Positions 59,295 to 64,000 of a stretch of 64,000 nt of DNA are shown in pieces. Location of the stretch: contig SHWC01000007.1 in the NCBI GenBank assembly GCA_009691045.1, forward strand, positions 832 to 64,831, in the 5' to 3' direction. A model generated the notes under the pieces. It saw nothing but the letters and a program-made list of their open reading frames with translations. It made no database searches and was not told the DNA's origin. This DNA comes from Alphaproteobacteria bacterium. GTDB taxonomy: Bacteria > Pseudomonadota > Alphaproteobacteria > UBA828. A program made the position numbers and the translations under genes. The stretch's first letter is position 1; every line of letters begins with the position of its first letter.

Positions 59295-60152
59295 TTAGGC
59301 TTGGCCAACCGCCTGGCGCTGCCTGCCGAGGCCGCTGATTTCGAGCTCCATCACATCACCCGCCTTGAGGTAACGCGGCGGCTTCATGCCCATGCCAACG
59401 CCCGGCGGGGTGCCGGTCGCGATTAGGTCCCCCGGCTCTAAGTCCATGAATTGGCTTACGTACCAGACGATGTGGTGGCACCCAAAGATCATCGTTTTGG
59501 TGCTGCCGCGTTGCATGACCTGGCCATTGACGGTGAGGTTCATGTCGAACGCCTGGGGGTTGGGCACTTCGTCCGGCGTGACCAGCCACGGCCCGGTCGG
59601 GCAAAATGTTCGGGCTGACTTGCCCTTGATCCAGGTTGGCCCGCGCTCAAGCTGAAAGGCGCGCTCAGACACATCATTGACGACGCAATAGCCGGCGATC
59701 ACGGCGGCGGCGGCGGCCTCATTGGCCAAATAGCTCGCTGGCTTGCCGATCACGATTCCGAGTTCGATTTCCCAATCGGATTTCTGGCTGCCGCGCGGCA
59801 TCAGCACGGTGTCGTTCGGCCCGCAATAGGAACTCGGCGCCTTAGTGAAGACGATCGGCTCTTTGGGGATGTCCATGCCGGCCTCGCGCGCATGGTCGGC
59901 ATAATTGAGGCCGATCGCGATGATGTTGCCCGGCCGCGCCATGGGCGCGCCAATGCGGACTTTGGCGGGATCGACCAGCGGGAAGGCGCTCGAATCGCGG
60001 GCCAGCCGCGCCCGCAGTTTTTCGATACCCCCGCTGGCGAGAAAAGCCCCATCGATCGCCTTGATCTCGCCCGAAATATCGACCACCCGGCCATCGTCCA
60101 ACCTGACCGCCGGCCGTTCCGACCCAACCTCGCCGACCCGCATCAATTTCAT
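59295..60152 (-). CDS. fumarylacetoacetate hydrolase family protein
   Basis: IGLNYADHA, EPIVFTK, DWEIEL, NDVSER, KGKS, TGTPPGVG. Confidence 0.95.
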   Translation of the reverse strand: MKLMRVGEVGSERPAVRLDDGRVVDISGEIKAIDGAFLASGGIEKLRARLARDSSAFPLVDPAKVRIGAPMARPGNIIAIGLNYADHAREAGMDIPKEPIVFTKAPSSYCGPNDTVLMPRGSQKSDWEIELGIVIGKPASYLANEAAAAAVIAGYCVVNDVSERAFQLERGPTWIKGKSARTFCPTGPWLVTPDEVPNPQAFDMNLTVNGQVMQRGSTKTMIFGCHHIVWYVSQFMDLEPGDLIATGTPPGVGMGMKPPRYLKAGDVMELEISGLGRQRQAVGQA

Positions 60153-60269
60153 CGCCTGCCTCCCTTGCCCGCATCGCGTGGGCGTGGATAGTGAGGGGCG
60201 AAATAGCACCCTGTCAAAGAGCCCGAGCGGGGCTCGCTGGTAAAATTTGCGCCTTCAGTATGGAGAGGT

Positions 60270-60761
60270 ATGACCATGCCCTCATTCGACATCGTTTCAC
60301 GCACCGAATTGGCCGAAGTCGACAACGCGATCGCCGGCGCCATGCGCGAAATCGGCACGCGTTACGACTTCAAGGGCAGCAAATGCTCGATCGAGCGGGC
60401 GGAGACGGCGATTACCATCCGCGCGGACGACGACCTCAAACTCAAGCAGGTGCAGGAATTGCTACGCGGCTATTTGGCGCGGCGGAAGGTGGAGGCCGGT
60501 GCGTTCGAATTCAAGACACCGGAGAAGGCCTCGGGCAATTCGGTGCGCCAGGAGGTGGCGATTCGCCAAGGCATCGAGCGCGAGCTCGGCCAGAAGGTGG
60601 TCAAGGAGATCAAGGCGAGCAAGCTCAAGGTCCAGGTCGCGATCCAGGGCGATGAGCTGCGCGTCTCGGGAAAAAACCGCGACGACCTGCAGGGCGCGAT
60701 CCAGCTGGTCAAGGGCATGAAGCTCGAACAGCCGCTGCAATTTGTGAATTTCAGGGAATAG
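60270..60761 (+). CDS. yajQ: YajQ family nucleotide/c-di-GMP-binding protein
   Basis: MPSFDIVS, RYDFKGS, IQGDELRVSGKNRDDLQ, LQFVNFRE. Confidence 0.96.
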   Translation: MTMPSFDIVSRTELAEVDNAIAGAMREIGTRYDFKGSKCSIERAETAITIRADDDLKLKQVQELLRGYLARRKVEAGAFEFKTPEKASGNSVRQEVAIRQGIERELGQKVVKEIKASKLKVQVAIQGDELRVSGKNRDDLQGAIQLVKGMKLEQPLQFVNFRE

Positions 60762-60802
60762 CGGCGGGGAGTGACTAGGCTAAACTCCCAGCAATCAAGG
60801 AA

Positions 60803-61504
60803 TTAGGGCGGCGTCCCTGTTTCGGTAGCAGGCTTGGACGCGGTGTCTGGCATTGACAGCCCCGGTCTTTCCCATTCGGGATGGCGAGGTGGGAAATCGC
60901 GATTGAGTAATTGGCTGGCTTTTCCGAGTTCATCAATCAAGTAATTCAAAATTACCAAAAGTGATTTGCCCGCTTTCTCAATTTTCGCTCGGCGTGGATC
61001 GATTGCTCTGACGGAAATCTTTGGCCGTGGTGCGTTTTTTTCAGATTCCCAGTTTGCCCGATAATTCCGCAGAATAGTGAGAGCACTGATACAGTTGATG
61101 AATGCGGTGGTGAGCTCTTCGCCGTATTCGCCGACGTGTTCGACCAGGGCCTCAAGTACGACAGCCCGATCGGGAATACCGGACCAAGGACGAGTGGCAT
61201 CTTCCGTAACTCTTTCGCGTTCCATTGAGAGGAGGATACGTATCGCCGTGAGTTCAATCGAAATGGCCCTAGCACGACGATAGATGGCGCGTTGCTCTTC
61301 TTCGCGTCTTAGCCGGGCTTGGTGTCGAAATTCTCGGCGACTGATGAAATATGCGCCCGCCACGGCAATGACCGCACCAAGAAACGCGGCCAGAGGATCG
61401 GTCCACCACCACGCGTCACTTGCGGTGGCCGGACTTGTGTCAGAAAGGCGCTCGCAATACGCGCTCCAAGCGGCCGCCGCCAAATTACACCCGCTCCCCA
61501 ACAT
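60803..61504 (-). CDS. hypothetical protein with one N-terminal TM helix (AT-richer than host genes)
   Basis: 233-aa ORF; LAAFLGAVIAVAGAYFIS followed by a charged helix; start uncertain. Confidence 0.65.
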   Translation of the reverse strand: MLGSGCNLAAAAWSAYCERLSDTSPATASDAWWWTDPLAAFLGAVIAVAGAYFISRREFRHQARLRREEEQRAIYRRARAISIELTAIRILLSMERERVTEDATRPWSGIPDRAVVLEALVEHVGEYGEELTTAFINCISALTILRNYRANWESEKNAPRPKISVRAIDPRRAKIEKAGKSLLVILNYLIDELGKASQLLNRDFPPRHPEWERPGLSMPDTASKPATETGTPP

Positions 61505-61537
61505 GGGCGGCCGTCTACCCGATGACGCGGTGCGGCG

Positions 61538-61993
61538 CTAAATCAGATCGCCTGGTTCGATCTTAAGAGCGGCGGCGAGCTTTTTCAGGGTCGTCGTGGT
61601 CGCTTCCTTCTTGCCGTTTTCGAGCAACGACAGAAAGGCGTGCGACAAGCCGCTGGCGGCGGCAAGCGCGACCAAGGTGAGGCCGCGCTTCTTGCGCCAG
61701 GCGCGCAACAGATTGTCGCCTGCGAGGCGCGCCTCGACCACTTCGATCGGAATGAAGTCGGAGGGCTTGGCCTCGCGCATGATCGCTCTGTGCCGCGCCA
61801 GGTCGAAACGATCCTCCGCCGCCTCGACCAGCGCCTCATAATCGGCACGCGAGAGCGTGACGGTAGCGCCCCCGCTGGGCTTGCGCGAGCGCGGGGCGGA
61901 CATCAATGCCGAACCTGCGGTTCTTTTCGTCGCATGGCCATGCGCGGTCGTACCCGGCGCGAGGGACACTTTGACGGGGCTCTGACGGCTCAT
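61538..61993 (-). CDS. XRE-family HTH antitoxin-like regulator
   Basis: VTLSRADYEAL..AAED, LRAWRKKRGLT..LAAASGLSHAFLSLLENGKK; ATG inside ATGA junction at 61990-61993. Confidence 0.85.
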   Translation of the reverse strand: MSRQSPVKVSLAPGTTAHGHATKRTAGSALMSAPRSRKPSGGATVTLSRADYEALVEAAEDRFDLARHRAIMREAKPSDFIPIEVVEARLAGDNLLRAWRKKRGLTLVALAAASGLSHAFLSLLENGKKEATTTTLKKLAAALKIEPGDLI

Positions 61994-62248
61994 CGGTACA
62001 CATCCTCTCGTTTGTCGATCACGGGTCACCATCATTTCGTCGCCTCGCACCCGGAACACTGCGCGCCATTTGCTGACCCTCAGCCGGTACAGGCCAGCAC
62101 CGAAATCCTTGACGCTCGCGTGGCGGCGTTCCTTCAGGCCGGCCGGATCGGCGGCGAGAGCCTTGAGGCGCGCGATCAGGTTGATCCGGACCGCCGCCGG
62201 CATTCGGCTCAGGTTCCGCTGGGCGTCGCGGCTCAGCAACAGTTCCAT
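61990..62248 (-). pseudogene. RelE/ParE-family toxin with +1 frameshift (GGG at 62023-62025) fusing it to the antitoxin
   Basis: MELLLSRDAQRNL.., LYRLRVSKWRAVF; removing one base restores VTVIDKREDVYR* (85 aa). Confidence 0.8.
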
Positions 62249-62253
62249 GCGGT

Positions 62254-62310
62254 ATATTTTACCACAGGTTACATTGACGCCAAGGGAAAATGTAACCCGT
62301 GGTGATATAT
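62254..62310. promoter_or_regulatory. 22-bp inverted-repeat operator overlapping the toxin promoter
   Basis: ATATTTTACCACAGGTTACATT-N13-AATGTAACCCGTGGTGATATAT (19/22); minus-strand TGgTAAAAT 7 nt before toxin ATG. Confidence 0.7.
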
Positions 62311-62582
62311 TCTTTGGTCCGGCACGAGCCTGGATGGTGAGCCCGGCGGTGAGCGGCGCCAAAGAAATTGTCGATCGCAGTGAGGGGCACGCGCTCCTCG
62401 GTCACGACCTGAGCGATAGCTAGATCGCCAAGCGCCGGTGAATATCGCCATGAGCGATTGGGGCGAGGACCTTCTGATCAATTTGGCCGAATGGGTCAGG
62501 CGGGAGAACGCCTTGAAGATGCGCCCGAGAGTGCGCCCAACTATCGCCACCGCCGCCGAAATTGATGCTGAGGCCAAGAAAA

Positions 62583-62657
62583 TGGTGGGCGGTACTGGGA
62601 TTGAACCAGTGACCCCTACGATGTCAACGTAGTGCTCTCCCGCTGAGCTAACCGCCC
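62583..62657 (-). tRNA. tRNA-Val(GAC)
   Basis: GGGCGGTTAGCTCAGCGGGAGAGCACTACGTT-GAC-ATCGTAGGGGTCACTGGTTCAATCCCAGTACCGCCCACCA; cloverleaf, encoded CCA. Confidence 0.97.
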
Positions 62658-62868
62658 ACGCGGCTCTCGATAGCACCGGCGGCCGCGGCTTGGCAAGGCC
62701 GCGAACTGGCGGAGGTGCCCTCGTTCCCGGTCGAAATGATGGGCTTCAATCTTTAGACGCCCTCAGACGCCGGGCGCGCTCTCCGCGCGCTTGGCTTTCG
62801 CCGCTAACGCGGCGCGGCGCGGTCGCGCCGGCCAAGTCTCGATGGGCTTGTCTCGTCGAGATTTGGGC

Positions 62869-63232
62869 TCAGGCCGGCGGCAGAACGCGCTCGATCTCCT
62901 CGACCAGCGAACGCAGATGAAATGGCTTGGAAAGGACACGCGCGTTCGGGTGGCGGGGGGGCGTTGTTGTTGAGGGCAACCGCAGCGAAGCCCGTGATGA
63001 AAATGACCTGGATCCCCGGCATCTCGATCGAGGCGCGGCGGGCCAGCTCAAGCCCATCCATGCCGGGCATGACGATGTCGGTCAGGAGCAGATCGAAGCG
63101 TGTGCCCGCGATATGGGGCAGAGCCGCGAAACCATCCGCCACAGAAATAACCTCATGGCCAACGCGCGCAAGGGCACGCTCCAAAAAGGTGCGCATTGAC
63201 TCGTCGTCTTCAGCGAGCAGAATCCGGGCCAT
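62869..63232 (-). pseudogene. cpdR: cell-cycle single-domain response regulator CpdR with apparent +1 frameshift in or near a C7 tract
   Basis: MARILLAEDDESMR, LLLTDIVMPGMDG, FITGFAAVAL in one frame; VLSKPFHLRSLVEEI in another; span 364 nt = 3n+1. Confidence 0.85.
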
Positions 63233-63280
63233 CGACGCTGCGTCTCCCACCGGTCGAACAGAGACCTTGGCGGCCAGCCC

Positions 63281-63295
63281 TTAATATCAGCTTAA
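63281..63295. promoter_or_regulatory. CtrA-binding box upstream of cpdR
   Basis: exact TTAA-TATCAGC-TTAA (TTAA-N7-TTAA); cpdR is a known CtrA target. Confidence 0.8.
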
Positions 63296-63368
63296 TAGTT
63301 TCAGGGCGCCGATAAATTGACGTGGCGCTGCCGTGGCATGGCGGCTAGTTTGACTAGACCGGTCGGAC

Positions 63369-64000
63369 ATGAACAGCACCTACGATAGCTCAAGCGCCGC
63401 TCTTGCCGTCACCCTTCGGCCCTATGAGGCGGAGCCGGTGCGCGTGGTTGAGCCCGCCAAACAGCGGGCGCCGATCGTCCTCGCTTCGCCCCATAGCGGC
63501 TCGTTCTATCATCCGGCCTTCCTCGCGGCCTCGCGACTCGATCCGCTGACGCTACGTCGTTCCGAGGATTGTTTTGTCGACCAGATTTTTTCCGCCGCGC
63601 CCAGCCTTGGCATTCCCCTCCTCGCGGCCCAGTTTCCGCGCGCCTATCTCGACCCCAATCGCGAGGCGTTCGAGCTTGACCCCGGCATGTTCGCCGACGC
63701 GCTACCTAGCCATGTAAAAACCCAAACCGATCGCGTACGCGCGGGCTTTGGCACGGTGGCCCGCGTGGTCTCGAGCGGGGCTGAAATCTACCGCGAGCGC
63801 CTACGCTTCGCCGAAGCCGAGGCGCGTGTGCATACGCTCTATATGCCCTATCACGACGCGCTCAGCCGCTTGATCGACGACACCGTCGAACAATTCGGCT
63901 TCGCCATATTGGTTGATTGCCACTCGATGCCATCGGTCGGGGGACCGAGCGACAGCGACGCCGGCCAGGAGCGGTCGGACATTGTGCTTGGTGATCGCCA
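63369..64000 (+). CDS. N-formylglutamate amidohydrolase family protein (partial, runs off window)
   Basis: hand translation: PIVLASPHSG, RRSEDCFVD, PRAYLDPNRE, PYHDAL, LVDCHSMPS, DIVLGDR. Confidence 0.92.
   Translation, partial: MNSTYDSSSAALAVTLRPYEAEPVRVVEPAKQRAPIVLASPHSGSFYHPAFLAASRLDPLTLRRSEDCFVDQIFSAAPSLGIPLLAAQFPRAYLDPNREAFELDPGMFADALPSHVKTQTDRVRAGFGTVARVVSSGAEIYRERLRFAEAEARVHTLYMPYHDALSRLIDDTVEQFGFAILVDCHSMPSVGGPSDSDAGQERSDIVLGDR

Noticed and set aside
60762-61540. attL/attR duplicate of the tRNA-Val 3' end
   Set aside because: Only a 7-nt match (TGGGCGG near 61504), which is expected by chance.

Overview
GC-rich alphaproteobacterial chromosomal segment. It looks Rhodospirillales-like, inferred from cpdR with a CtrA box, split pntAa/pntAb/pntB, glcDEF, C-minus L36 and cytochrome c2. 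About 60 mostly housekeeping or metabolic CDSs, one tRNA-Val(GAC), and no transposase, integrase, prophage, rRNA or CRISPR. Main observations: (1) two copies of a modular TA-flanked MITE-like element with different but self-complementary terminal inverted repeats, whose ends supply the TAG stop codons of three genes; (2) an uncharacterised operon of an HP0310/PuuE-type amidohydrolase, an MCGLCG small protein and a COG0523 metallochaperone; (3) an ECF sigma/anti-sigma pair with twin divergent GGAATAA..GTTATC promoters, one serving a 51-aa secreted two-Cys peptide; (4) a tRNA-adjacent micro-island where one extra base fuses a RelE toxin to its HTH antitoxin; (5) five genes broken by single stops or +1 homopolymer frameshifts, including cpdR, which may be assembly errors. 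All functional calls come from motif recognition by eye; no searches were run.
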